NCBI GenBank assembly: GCA_035512195.1
Contig: DATKEK010000065.1
Location: forward strand, 1-47,027
Reading direction: 5' to 3'
Origin: Burkholderiales bacterium
GTDB taxonomy: Bacteria > Pseudomonadota > Gammaproteobacteria > Burkholderiales > Eutrophovitaceae
DNA length: 47,027 nucleotides
How positions within the stretch are numbered: the first letter of the stretch is position 1; the number at the start of each line of letters is the position of its first letter. A model generated the notes under the pieces. It was not told where the DNA came from and did no database searches. It saw only the letters and a list, made by a program, of their open reading frames with translations. Both the position numbers and the translations under genes were made by a program. Below are positions 38,150-47,027 of the stretch, piece by piece.

Positions 38150-39063
38150 GCCGCAGCGTTCTCGGAAAGGTCGCGGTGCTGCTCGGCGGGCGCTCGGCTG
38201 AGAGGGAGATATCGCTGATGTCCGGACAGGCGGTGCTGGAGGCGCTGGTGGGCAAAGGCGTGGACGCGCATGCCTTCGACACCGGCAGCCGCGATATCTG
38301 CGAGCTGGAACAGGGGGGTTTCGATCGGGTGTTCGTCGCGCTGCATGGACGCTACGGGGAGGATGGAACGGTGCAAGGGGCGCTCGAACTGCTCGGCATT
38401 CCGTACACCGGCAGCGGAGTGATGGCCTGTGCGCTGGCGATGGACAAGTGGCGCACGAAACTGGTGTGGATCGCCGCCGGCATCCCAACCCCGCAATTCG
38501 AGATTCTCGGCGAAGACAGCGATTTTGCCGGGGTGGCGAAGAAGCTCGGTGTGCCACTGATCGTGAAACCGGCGCGCGAGGGTTCGACCATCGGACTGAC
38601 TAGGGTGAACCGCGTGGACGAGATCGAAGCCGCCTATCGCCTTGCAGCCGAGCACGATCCGCTGGTGCTGGCCGAACAGTTCGTTGCCGGCCCCGAGCTG
38701 ACCGCGTCGATTCTGGACGATCACGTGCTGCCGCTGATCCGCATCGAAGCGCCGGGTGGCAACTATGACTATCAAGCGAAGTATTTCTCCGATGAGACGC
38801 GCTACCTCTGCCCGTCTGGCATAGACGCGGTGCTGGAAAGAGTCGTCGGCGACCTCTCGCTCGAGGCATTCCGGTTGCTCGGTTGCCGTGGCTGGGGGCG
38901 TGTCGACGTGATGCTGGACGAGCGCGGCGAGCCGCAGTTTCTCGAGGCAAACACGGTTCCCGGCATGACCGGCCACAGTCTGGTGCCGATGGCGGCCAAG
39001 GCGGCGGGCATCGGATTCGACGAGCTCGTCGTGAGGATTCTGGAGGGCGCCCGTGTGGAATGA
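38146..39063 (+). CDS. ddl: D-alanine--D-alanine ligase
   Basis: [31 protein letters not shown], and the ATP-grasp body (KP..EGSS/T.G), EANT.PGMT. The ATG overlaps the murB stop. Confidence 0.94.
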   Translation: MSRSVLGKVAVLLGGRSAEREISLMSGQAVLEALVGKGVDAHAFDTGSRDICELEQGGFDRVFVALHGRYGEDGTVQGALELLGIPYTGSGVMACALAMDKWRTKLVWIAAGIPTPQFEILGEDSDFAGVAKKLGVPLIVKPAREGSTIGLTRVNRVDEIEAAYRLAAEHDPLVLAEQFVAGPELTASILDDHVLPLIRIEAPGGNYDYQAKYFSDETRYLCPSGIDAVLERVVGDLSLEAFRLLGCRGWGRVDVMLDERGEPQFLEANTVPGMTGHSLVPMAAKAAGIGFDELVVRILEGARVE

Positions 39064-39772
39064 CGAAAAGGCGCTGAACCATGTCGCCAGCGGGCTGTTC
39101 GCGCTGGCGGTGCTGCTGCTGCTGTGCGCGGCCGGCTGGCGCATCGCGCAGATGGAAGCATTTGCGCTGCGCGAGATACGCATAACCACGCCGGTGGAGC
39201 ATGTCACGCGCGAACAGGTGGAAGCCGTGGTGTTCAGCGAACTCAAGGGTAATTTCTTCACCGTCAATCTCGCGGCCACGCGCACCGCGTTCGAAAAGCT
39301 CTCGTGGGTACGGCGGGTCGACGTCAATCGACGCTGGCCGGATCGGGTCGAAATCGCGGTCGAGGAGCACGCGCCGATCGCGCGCTGGGGCGATGCGGCG
39401 CTGGTGAACGCTTATGGCGAGGTCTTCGAGGGCGCGAGCAGTCAGCCGATGCCGGTGTTCGACGGGCCGCTGGCGACGGCGCCCGAGGTGGTGGCGCGTC
39501 ACGCCGCCTTCGAACACAAGCTGGCAGCAATCGGAAGAACGGTCGACCGCATCCGTGTATCCGAGCGGCACGCGTGGCGCATCCGCCTGGACGACGGCAT
39601 GGTCATCGAGCTTGGACGCGACGATGTGGAAGCACGCCTGGCCGCGTTTGCTTCGGCCTTCGACCGCACGGTGGCGACGCTTCCGGGCGGGTCGGCCTAT
39701 GTGGATCTGCGGTATCCGAACGGTTTTGCGGTTCGGGTAAAGGGCATGCGCTGGAACGACGGGCCGGCATAA
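39053..39772 (+). CDS. ftsQ: Cell division protein FtsQ
   Basis: Single TM, then a POTRA domain ([29 protein letters not shown]). GTG start with an 11-nt overlap with ddl. Confidence 0.9.
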   Translation: MWNDEKALNHVASGLFALAVLLLLCAAGWRIAQMEAFALREIRITTPVEHVTREQVEAVVFSELKGNFFTVNLAATRTAFEKLSWVRRVDVNRRWPDRVEIAVEEHAPIARWGDAALVNAYGEVFEGASSQPMPVFDGPLATAPEVVARHAAFEHKLAAIGRTVDRIRVSERHAWRIRLDDGMVIELGRDDVEARLAAFASAFDRTVATLPGGSAYVDLRYPNGFAVRVKGMRWNDGPA

Positions 39773-39791
39773 ACCAGGAAACCTGCACGCA

Positions 39792-41036
39792 ATGGCATTG
39801 AGCAAAGGCAGAGAGAACAAGCACCTTCTGGTCGGTCTCGACATCGGCACGTCGAAGATCGCGGCGATCGTCGCCGAGATCAGGCCCGAAGGCGGATTCG
39901 AGATCATCGGCATGGGTAGTTCACCGTCGCGAGGGCTGAAGAAAGGCGTGGTGGTGAACATCGAATCCACCGTGAATGCGATCCAGCGCGCGCTCGAAGA
40001 AGCCGAGCTGATGGCGGACTGCAAGATCCGGGAAGTTTGGACCGGAATCGCCGGCAGTCATATCAAGAGTTTCAATTCGCACGGGATGGTGGCGATCAAG
40101 GACCGCGAAGTCGGCCAGGCGGACGTGGATCGCGTGGTGGAGACGGCAAAGGCGATCCCTATTCCGACCGATCAGCAGATCCTGCATGTGCTGAACCAGG
40201 AGTTCGTGATCGATGGCCAGGAGGACGTGCGCGAGCCGCTCGGCATGAGCGGCGTACGCCTCGAGGTGAAGGTGCATATCGTCACCGGCGCGGTGTCGGC
40301 GGCGCAGAACATCGTGAAATGCGTGCGCCGCTGCGGGCTGGAAGTGAACGACCTGATCCTGCAGCCGCTGGCTTCGGCGACGGCGGTGCTGTCGGACGAC
40401 GAGAAAGACCTTGGCGTGTGCATCGTCGACATCGGCGGTGGCACGTCGGACATCGCGGTATTTACTCAAGGTGCTATACGCCATACCGCGGTGATACCGA
40501 TCGCCGGCGACCAGATCACCAACGACATCGCCATGGCCCTGCGCACGCCGACCAAGGAGGCGGAAGACATCAAGCGCCGGCACGGTTGCGCGCTGCGCGA
40601 GCTAGCCGATCCGCAGGAAATGATCGACGTACCCGGCGTCGGAGACCGCAGCTCGCGCCAGCTTTCGCGGCAGACGCTGGCCGAGGTGATCGAGCCGCGG
40701 GCCGAGGAGTTGTATGCGCTGGTGCAGGCCGAGCTGCGGCGCAGCGGCTTCGAGGAGCTGCTGTCCTCTGGCGTGGTGATCACCGGCGGCAGCGCAGCCA
40801 TGCAGGGCATGGTCGAGCTCGGTGAGGAGGTGTTCCACATGCCGGTGCGCCTGGGTCTGCCGTCCTACGCCGGCGGCCTGTCGGAAGTGATCCGCAGCCC
40901 TCGGTATGCCACCGGCTTGGGGCTGCTGATTTCCGGTCATGAGCAGCATCAACGCCAGCAAATCGCAAAGATGCAGAGCGGTTCGGTGAAGCATGTGTTC
41001 GAGCGCATGCGCAAATGGTTCGAGACAAATTTTTAG
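39792..41036 (+). CDS. ftsA: Cell division protein FtsA
   Basis: Actin-fold motifs LVGLDIGTSKI, DIGGGTSDIAVF, VITGGSA. C-terminal amphipathic helix. Confidence 0.95.
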   Translation: MALSKGRENKHLLVGLDIGTSKIAAIVAEIRPEGGFEIIGMGSSPSRGLKKGVVVNIESTVNAIQRALEEAELMADCKIREVWTGIAGSHIKSFNSHGMVAIKDREVGQADVDRVVETAKAIPIPTDQQILHVLNQEFVIDGQEDVREPLGMSGVRLEVKVHIVTGAVSAAQNIVKCVRRCGLEVNDLILQPLASATAVLSDDEKDLGVCIVDIGGGTSDIAVFTQGAIRHTAVIPIAGDQITNDIAMALRTPTKEAEDIKRRHGCALRELADPQEMIDVPGVGDRSSRQLSRQTLAEVIEPRAEELYALVQAELRRSGFEELLSSGVVITGGSAAMQGMVELGEEVFHMPVRLGLPSYAGGLSEVIRSPRYATGLGLLISGHEQHQRQQIAKMQSGSVKHVFERMRKWFETNF

Positions 41037-41095
41037 CAATGGCAGTGAGATGGCAGTGATCCCCATGGATGTTTCAGTTCGAGAGGAGATAAACA

Positions 41096-42247
41096 ATGTT
41101 TGAAATCGTCGATACACAAGCGCAGGAAGCCATGATCAAGGTCATCGGCGTCGGAGGGTGCGGCGGCAACGCGGTCGATCACATGATTATCGCCGGCGTG
41201 GATGGCGTGGAGTTCATCTGCGCGAACACCGATGCCCAGGCGCTGAAGCGCAACAAGGCGAAGACGCTGTTGCAGCTCGGCACGGATGTCACCAAGGGGC
41301 TGGGCGCGGGAGCGAATCCGGAGATCGGCCGCCAGGCGGCGATCGAGGACCGCGAGCGCATCGTAGAGCTGATAGATGGGGCCGACATGCTGTTCCTGAC
41401 TGCAGGCATGGGCGGCGGCACCGGCACCGGCGCGGCGCCGATCGTCGCGGAAGTGGCGCGGGAGCTCGGCATACTGACCGTGGCGGTGGTTACAAAACCC
41501 TTCGCCTTCGAGGGCAAGCGTCAGAAAGTCGCTGCCCAGGGGCTGGAGGAACTGGGGCGGCATGTGGACTCACTGATCGTGATTCCGAACGACAAGCTGA
41601 TGCAGGTCCTGGGAGAAGACGTCTCCATGCTGGACGCGTTCAAGGCCGCCAATTCCGTGTTGCACGGCGCGGTTGCGGGGATTGCTGAAGTCATCAAATG
41701 CCCTGGCCTGGTGAACGTCGATTTCGCCGACGTGCGCACGGTGATGTCGGAAATGGGAATGGCAATGATGGGCTCGGCCAGCGCGGCGGGCGCGGAACGC
41801 GCACGCCAGGCGGCGGAGCAGGCGGTGGCCAGCCCGCTGCTGGAAGACGTGAATCTCGCGGGCGCGCGCGGTGTGCTGGTGAACATTACCGCCAGCTCGA
41901 GCATGCGGATGAAGGAAGTGCACGAGGTGATGAACACCATCAAGGGGTTTACCGCCGAGGATGCGACCGTGATCGTGGGAACGGTGATCGACGAGGACCT
42001 TGAAGACAAGCTGCGCGTGACCATGGTCGCAACCGGACTCGGCAACCCGGTCAACCGTCAGCAGCAGAAGCCGTTGGCTGTGGTACGTACTGGCACAGAT
42101 GCGACGCCACACCAGGTCAATTACGGAGATCTGGACGCGCCGGCGGTGATGCGCAGACGCAACCGCGATGCGGCTGTCGAGGCGATGAGGCAGTCCGGCG
42201 TGGACGTGCTGGACATCCCGGCCTTTTTGCGTAAACAGGCTGACTGA
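41096..42247 (+). CDS. ftsZ: Cell division GTPase FtsZ
   Basis: GVGGCGGNAV, tubulin signature GMGGGTGTGAAP, NVDFADV, and C-terminal DIPAFLRKQAD. Confidence 0.97.
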   Translation: MFEIVDTQAQEAMIKVIGVGGCGGNAVDHMIIAGVDGVEFICANTDAQALKRNKAKTLLQLGTDVTKGLGAGANPEIGRQAAIEDRERIVELIDGADMLFLTAGMGGGTGTGAAPIVAEVARELGILTVAVVTKPFAFEGKRQKVAAQGLEELGRHVDSLIVIPNDKLMQVLGEDVSMLDAFKAANSVLHGAVAGIAEVIKCPGLVNVDFADVRTVMSEMGMAMMGSASAAGAERARQAAEQAVASPLLEDVNLAGARGVLVNITASSSMRMKEVHEVMNTIKGFTAEDATVIVGTVIDEDLEDKLRVTMVATGLGNPVNRQQQKPLAVVRTGTDATPHQVNYGDLDAPAVMRRRNRDAAVEAMRQSGVDVLDIPAFLRKQAD

Positions 42248-42378
42248 GCGGATGGAGTGTCGTCATGCTGCGACGCACAATACGCTGGCGGAGAACCGTT
42301 GCCTATGGTAGCCTAATCAACAATTTACAAGGCGATGGTAATCCGCCTATTGACCAGCACCGATAAGGTGCGGAGCAG

Positions 42379-43290
42379 ATGATCAGACAACGAACGCTCA
42401 AGAATATCGTCAGGGCCACCGGGGTAGGCCTGCACACTGGCGACAAGGTCTACCTGACGTTACGGCCTGCGGCGGCAAATACCGGCATCGTCTTCCGGCG
42501 GATTGATCTCGATCCGGTGGTGGACATTCAAGCCAATCCCTACGCCGTCACGGACACGCGGCTGTCGTCATGCCTCGAGAAAGACGGTGCGCGGGTTCAG
42601 ACCGTCGAGCATCTGATGTCCGCGCTTGCCGGACTCGGGATTGACAATGTCTATGTCGAGCTGAGCGCAGGCGAAGTGCCGATCATGGACGGCTCGGCGT
42701 CTCCCTTTGTTTTTCTGCTGCAGTCCGCGGGAATCGAAGAGCAGGAGGCGGCGAAGAAGTTCATTCGCATCCTCAAGCCGGTGGAAGTGCGGGCGGATGA
42801 CAAGTGGGTGAAGTTCGAGCCGTATCACGGGTTCAAGGTCGATTTCAGCATCGATTTCAGGCATCCGGTGTTTTCGGCCACGAACAAGAGGGTGGTGGTC
42901 GACTTCGAGCACACCTCATATATAAAGGAAGTCAGTCGCGCACGGACTTTCGGTTTCATGCATGACGTGGAGAGTATGCGCGCCCAGGGTTTGGCGCTGG
43001 GCGGCAGTATGGACAATGCCATTGTGATGGATGAGTTCAGGGTCCTGAACATGGATGGACTGCGTTATGAGGATGAGTTCGTGAAGCACAAGGCGCTGGA
43101 TGCGATCGGAGATCTGTATCTCCTCGGGCACCCGGTCATCGGCGCCTTCTCCGCGTTCAAATCCGGACACGCACTCAATAACGAATTGCTGCGCCAACTC
43201 ATGGAAAATAAAGAGTCTTGGGAGTTCGTCAGCTTCAACTCGAAGGAGGACGCGCCCGGCTTCCTTCGTCTCCAAGCGCAAACCGCCTGA
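42379..43290 (+). CDS. lpxC: UDP-3-O-acyl-N-acetylglucosamine deacetylase
   Basis: RQRTLK......GVGLHTG, TVEHL.SAL.G.GIDN, HK.LD..GD motifs. 303 aa. Confidence 0.95.
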   Translation: MIRQRTLKNIVRATGVGLHTGDKVYLTLRPAAANTGIVFRRIDLDPVVDIQANPYAVTDTRLSSCLEKDGARVQTVEHLMSALAGLGIDNVYVELSAGEVPIMDGSASPFVFLLQSAGIEEQEAAKKFIRILKPVEVRADDKWVKFEPYHGFKVDFSIDFRHPVFSATNKRVVVDFEHTSYIKEVSRARTFGFMHDVESMRAQGLALGGSMDNAIVMDEFRVLNMDGLRYEDEFVKHKALDAIGDLYLLGHPVIGAFSAFKSGHALNNELLRQLMENKESWEFVSFNSKEDAPGFLRLQAQTA

Positions 43291-43334
43291 CCTTGGGGGC
43301 CGGTTCGGGTACAAAATCCATCGGGACCTGACGC

Positions 43335-43520
43335 ATGTTGCTGGTCCGCGTGATTGCGGGATTGCTGGCAATCACTGTTGGCTCGGCGATCGTGATGTTT
43401 CTCGTCACCAGGAACCGCCGCTGGTTGCGGTTTGCCTGGCGGACACTGCGGCTTGGCATTCTTGTCTTATTGATTTCTTTCGGGTTTTACGCCCTCGAAC
43501 GTTTCTTGCTAGTCCTTTGA
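43335..43520 (+). CDS. Candidate small (61 aa) two-TM membrane protein, hypothetical
   Basis: Two hydrophobic helices separated by the basic loop RNRRWLRFAWR. Weak RBS. The 3' end overlaps the convergent DUF721 gene by 12 nt. Confidence 0.4.
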   Translation: MLLVRVIAGLLAITVGSAIVMFLVTRNRRWLRFAWRTLRLGILVLLISFGFYALERFLLVL

Positions 43521-43949
43521 CGAGGGCTGGGCGCGCCTGCCGAGACGCTGAACCGCGCGTTTCAGGTCCGATGCAGGGAGTTCGCTAGCGAATTGCAGCA
43601 GCGCCTCGCCAGCACTCTCCCCGAGAGAAATGTGTTTTCTTTGCAATGGGTTAAACGGGGAACTTGCTTGCACTTTGACCTGTATTGCTGTAATTTCTGG
43701 CACCTGAGTGCGCAGCCTGTCGGCCAAGGTTTGCACCAGTTGGCGCAATTTCGCTGCCGCCGGCCCATCGTGAGCGGCGATAATCAGGTGCCCATCGCGC
43801 AGGTTGCAGACCGATACCACTTGGGCAAGCGCCTCGGGAAGCTCCCGGCGCAGGGCCTTTTCTACTGCCGCCAGTTTTTCTGCCTGTTTGGCGAGCCGCC
43901 CGAGCCGGGCGTCGTTTCGCAGGATGTCTTGGATTCTTGCAGCCGACAT
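43509..43949 (-). CDS. DUF721/DciA-like protein
   Basis: 146 aa from ATG 43949. LPEALAQVVSVCNLRDGHLIIAAHDGPAAAKLRQLV..L matches the DUF721 core pattern. The conserved lpxC-DUF721-M23-secA neighbourhood is known from Pseudomonas-like genomes. Confidence 0.75.
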   Translation of the reverse strand: MSAARIQDILRNDARLGRLAKQAEKLAAVEKALRRELPEALAQVVSVCNLRDGHLIIAAHDGPAAAKLRQLVQTLADRLRTQVPEITAIQVKVQASSPFNPLQRKHISLGESAGEALLQFASELPASDLKRAVQRLGRRAQPSSKD

Positions 43950-43973
43950 TGACGGAGTGCTGAAGGTAAGCAG

Positions 43974-44894
43974 ATGGACATTATTCTCGTATCCAACCGG
44001 TTTACTCAAGCGCGCAGTTTTACCGTAAGCGCGCCGCAGCTGTCGTTCCTGATCCTTCTGTTCTTCATGCTGGTGATCTCGCTGGCAGTGCTGCTGAACT
44101 ATTTTTCGCTGCGCTACGCGGTGACCAACCAGAGCCCTTATCTGCTGTCCATGCTGGAGACCGTGCAGGCGGAACAGGCCAAGCGCACCCAATCCTATCT
44201 GCGCGAGAGCCTGAACACCATGGCCGCCCGCGTTGGAGAGATGCAGGCAAAGCTGGTTCGGCTCGACACGCTTGGGGAACGTCTGACCAAACTTGCAGGC
44301 TTCAATCCGAAAGAATTCATGTTCGACCAGCCTCCAGCGCGGGGCGGAGCGGAGCCCACCTCAGTCGCGACGCGCGAGCTGTCGCTCGGCGAGCTTACCA
44401 GTCAGCTGGAGCAATTGGCACAGGATCTGGACGACCGGTCGGACAAACTGGGGGTGCTCGAATCCCGGTTGACCCTGGCGAACGCCAAGAAACAGCTGCT
44501 GCCGACTCAACTGCCGGTAACGACCGGCTGGTTTTCGTCCAATTACGGCTGGCGGATCGACCCGTTCAACGGGCTGAATGCGTATCACGAGGGAATGGAT
44601 TTTATGGCGCCGGAAGGCACGCCAATTCGCGCAGCCGCAGGCGGGGTGGTGGTGTACTCAGCGCTCCACCCGCAGTATGGTAATATGATCGAGGTCGATC
44701 ACGGCAATGGACTTATAACCCGGTACGCACATGCGTCGCTGCTGAATGCGAAAATTGGCGACGTGGTGCTCAGAGGTCAAAAGATTGCCGAGGTCGGGTC
44801 AACCGGGCGCTCCACGGGAGCGCATCTGCACTTCGAGGTGCGGCAATGGGGAGCCCCACAGAATCCCGCGCGCTTTTTGCAAGTGCCGGGTTAA
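43974..44894 (+). CDS. M23 family (LytM-domain) metallopeptidase with N-terminal TM and coiled coil
   Basis: HEGMDF.A..GTPI.AAAGG.V, DHGNG..T.YAH and GRSTGAHLHFEVR zinc-binding motifs. Confidence 0.92.
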   Translation: MDIILVSNRFTQARSFTVSAPQLSFLILLFFMLVISLAVLLNYFSLRYAVTNQSPYLLSMLETVQAEQAKRTQSYLRESLNTMAARVGEMQAKLVRLDTLGERLTKLAGFNPKEFMFDQPPARGGAEPTSVATRELSLGELTSQLEQLAQDLDDRSDKLGVLESRLTLANAKKQLLPTQLPVTTGWFSSNYGWRIDPFNGLNAYHEGMDFMAPEGTPIRAAAGGVVVYSALHPQYGNMIEVDHGNGLITRYAHASLLNAKIGDVVLRGQKIAEVGSTGRSTGAHLHFEVRQWGAPQNPARFLQVPG

Positions 44895-44921
44895 TCGTTA
44901 CTTGAACTGGTGAATTCCGAG

Positions 44922-44959
44922 AGAGGGGTGGGGGCAAGCCTCCCACCCCTCTTGCTTTA
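44922..44959 (+). terminator. Strong hairpin (perfect 11-bp stem) plus T-rich tail downstream of the M23 gene
   Basis: AGAGGGGTGGG (44922-44932), 9-nt loop, CCCACCCCTCT (44942-44952), then TGCTTTAT. It ends about 15 nt before the secA ATG. Confidence 0.65.
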
Positions 44960-44974
44960 TGGGTTGCGGGCCTG

Positions 44975-47027
44975 ATGATCTCCAACATTCTCAAGAAAGT
45001 CTTCGGCAGCAGAAACGACCGTCTTCTTCGCAAGTACGCGAACTCCGTCCAGCGCATAAACGCGCACGAGCCTGACACGCAGAAACTGACAGATGCGGAG
45101 CTCCGTGCCCGCACCGATCAGCTTCGGCAACGCCTGATACAAGGCGCAACACTAGACGAAGTGCTACCGGACGCTTTTGCGACGGTGCGCGAAGCGAGCC
45201 GGCGCGTACTGCAGATGCGTCATTTCGACGTTCAGTTGCTCGGCGGCATAGCTTTGCATAACGGCAAAATTGCCGAAATGCGTACTGGCGAGGGCAAAAC
45301 GCTGGTCGCAACCTTGCCTGCCTATCTGAACGCGCTTGCGGGGAAAGGCGTACACGTGGTCACCGTGAACGACTATCTGGCCAGCCGTGACGCCGAGTGG
45401 ATGGGCCGCATCTACCGCTTCTTGGGTCTGAGCGTGGGCGTCAATCTCTCGCAAATGGAACATGCGCTGAAGCAGCAGGCGTATGCAGCCGACATCGTCT
45501 ACGGTACCAACAACGAGTTCGGCTTCGACTACCTTCGCGACAACATGGTGTTCCAGGCTACCGAGCGCGTTCAGCGGCCGCTGGATTTCGCCATCGTCGA
45601 CGAAGTCGACTCGATCCTGATCGATGAAGCGCGAACGCCCTTGATAATTTCCGGGCAGGCAGAGGACAGTACCGAACTCTATTACCGGATGAACGACATT
45701 GCGCCAAAGCTCAAGCGCGCGGAGAAGGAAGGCGAGCCCGGCGACTACAACGTCGACGAGAAATCGCATCAGGTATTGCTGACTGAGGAGGGGCACGATC
45801 ACGCCGAGCAGCTGTTGATCAAGGCCGACCTGCTGACGGAGGACGGCAGTCTCTACGACGCGTCGAATATCGGCCTGATGCACCACCTGTATGCGGCATT
45901 GCGGGCGCACAGCCTGTTTCATCGGGACCAGCACTACGTGGTTCAGGATGACGCGATTGTCATTGTCGATGAATTTACCGGGCGCCTGATGCCCGGCCGC
46001 CGCTGGTCGGATGGATTGCATCAGGCGGTGGAAGCAAAAGAAGGCGTACGGATCCAGAAGGAAAACCAGACCCTGGCCTCCATCACCTTCCAGAACTACT
46101 TCCGGATGTACCGCAAACTCGCGGGCATGACGGGAACAGCGGATACCGAGGCTTACGAGTTCCAGCAGATCTACGGCCTCGAGACCGTGATCATTCCGAC
46201 GCATATGAAGATGGTTCGCGACGACCGGATGGACAAAGTCTACCGAACGGCCCGCGAGAGGTATCTGGCGGTGGTGGAGGACATTCGCGATTGTCAGGAA
46301 CGTGGGCAGCCGGTCCTCGTGGGCACTACATCGATCGAGAATTCCGAGCTGATCTCCGGGCTGCTCACCAAAGAGAAGCTGCAACACCAGGTGCTGAACG
46401 CGAAGCAGCATGCGCGCGAAGCGGAGATCGTCGCCCAGGCCGGCCGGCCGAAGATGATCACCATCGCGACCAACATGGCGGGACGCGGAACCGACATCGT
46501 ACTGGGCGGAAACGCCGAGCCGAAAATAAACGGGATTCAGAACGACTCGAGCGTCAGCGATGACCAGAAACAGAAACGTGTCGCTGAGATTCGCAGCGAG
46601 TGGCAGAAGCTGCACGGCGCGGTGGTCGACGCTGGCGGCCTGCATATAGTCGGAACTGAACGCCACGAATCGCGACGGGTGGACAACCAACTTCGCGGCC
46701 GCTCGGGCCGCCAGGGCGATCCCGGATCCAGCCGCTTCTATCTGTCTCTCGAGGACCCGCTGCTGCGGATCTTCGCGTCGGATCGGGTGGGCGCGATCAT
46801 GGATCGGTTGAACATGCCAGAGGGCGAGGCGATCGAGCACCCATGGGTGACGCGGGCAATCGAGAATGCCCAGCGAAAAGTCGAGGCGCGAAATTTCGAT
46901 ATCCGCAAGCAGCTTCTCGAATACGACGACGTATCTAATGATCAGCGGAAAGTTATTTATCAGCAGCGAAACGAACTGCTGGAATCAACCGATGTTTCCG
47001 AAACCATCCGGTCGATGCGCGAGGGCA
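44975..47027 (+). CDS. secA: Preprotein translocase ATPase SecA (3'-truncated by the window end)
   Basis: My own translation from ATG 44975 gives [21 protein letters not shown]... It continues with [27 protein letters not shown] (Walker A), [11 protein letters not shown] and [14 protein letters not shown]. The frame stays open to the window edge, which is why it is absent from the ORF track. Confidence 0.96.
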   Translation, partial: MISNILKKVFGSRNDRLLRKYANSVQRINAHEPDTQKLTDAELRARTDQLRQRLIQGATLDEVLPDAFATVREASRRVLQMRHFDVQLLGGIALHNGKIAEMRTGEGKTLVATLPAYLNALAGKGVHVVTVNDYLASRDAEWMGRIYRFLGLSVGVNLSQMEHALKQQAYAADIVYGTNNEFGFDYLRDNMVFQATERVQRPLDFAIVDEVDSILIDEARTPLIISGQAEDSTELYYRMNDIAPKLKRAEKEGEPGDYNVDEKSHQVLLTEEGHDHAEQLLIKADLLTEDGSLYDASNIGLMHHLYAALRAHSLFHRDQHYVVQDDAIVIVDEFTGRLMPGRRWSDGLHQAVEAKEGVRIQKENQTLASITFQNYFRMYRKLAGMTGTADTEAYEFQQIYGLETVIIPTHMKMVRDDRMDKVYRTARERYLAVVEDIRDCQERGQPVLVGTTSIENSELISGLLTKEKLQHQVLNAKQHAREAEIVAQAGRPKMITIATNMAGRGTDIVLGGNAEPKINGIQNDSSVSDDQKQKRVAEIRSEWQKLHGAVVDAGGLHIVGTERHESRRVDNQLRGRSGRQGDPGSSRFYLSLEDPLLRIFASDRVGAIMDRLNMPEGEAIEHPWVTRAIENAQRKVEARNFDIRKQLLEYDDVSNDQRKVIYQQRNELLESTDVSETIRSMREG

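Noticed and set aside
35803-40024. Series of long minus-strand ORFs (35803..37491, 37175..38557, 37939..39327, 38600..40024; 460-562 aa)
   Set aside because: All are antisense to murC, murB, ddl, ftsQ and ftsA, which carry canonical motifs. The antisense translations are R/A/P/H-rich and lack any family signature.
45164-46840. 558-aa minus-strand ORF, the longest ORF in the track for this region
   Set aside because: It lies antisense to an unmistakable secA reading frame on the plus strand (Walker [23 protein letters not shown], etc.). Its translation is low-complexity with no recognisable motifs, so it is a typical high-GC shadow ORF.

Overview
High-GC (roughly 65% by eye) proteobacterial chromosome segment, beta- or gammaproteobacterial by gene order. 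About 18.6-47.0 kb is conserved core. It holds the yraL-P neighbourhood (rsmI divergent from lpoA-yraN-diaA-dolP), pyrC, an HU gene and RNase P RNA (rnpB). These are followed by a complete dcw division/cell-wall cluster (mraZ-rsmH-ftsL-ftsI-murE-murF-mraY-murD-ftsW-murG-murC-murB-ddl-ftsQ-ftsA-ftsZ), lpxC, a DUF721/DciA-like gene, an M23 peptidase and the 5' two-thirds of secA. secA runs off the window and is missing from the ORF track. The left 18.6 kb is a mixed, more accessory-looking stretch. It holds an MFS transporter, a DapA-family aldolase, a small PEGA-like ORF coupled to a patatin lipoprotein, an SDR and a degenerate EAL protein. It also holds a DUF2157-DUF4401-GDYXXLXY membrane trio, a Baeyer-Villiger monooxygenase, an HTH/nucleotidyltransferase pair, a fused ABC transporter, an RfaE domain II homologue, an acyl-ACP-desaturase-like diiron protein and a 5'-decayed photolyase. 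I saw no CRISPR array, IS element, integrase, tRNA or rRNA. No clear multi-gene defence or secretion system with hallmark enzymes is visible. The best candidates for undescribed biology are: (i) the XRE-HTH/minimal nucleotidyltransferase pair with a perfect palindromic operator; (ii) the translationally coupled DUF2157-DUF4401-GDYXXLXY module; (iii) a 61-codon ORF filling the only gap in the otherwise gap-free dcw operon, between mraY and murD. Family assignments come from motif recognition by eye and memory; no database search was run. Many long ORFs in the track are high-GC antisense or alternate-frame artefacts.
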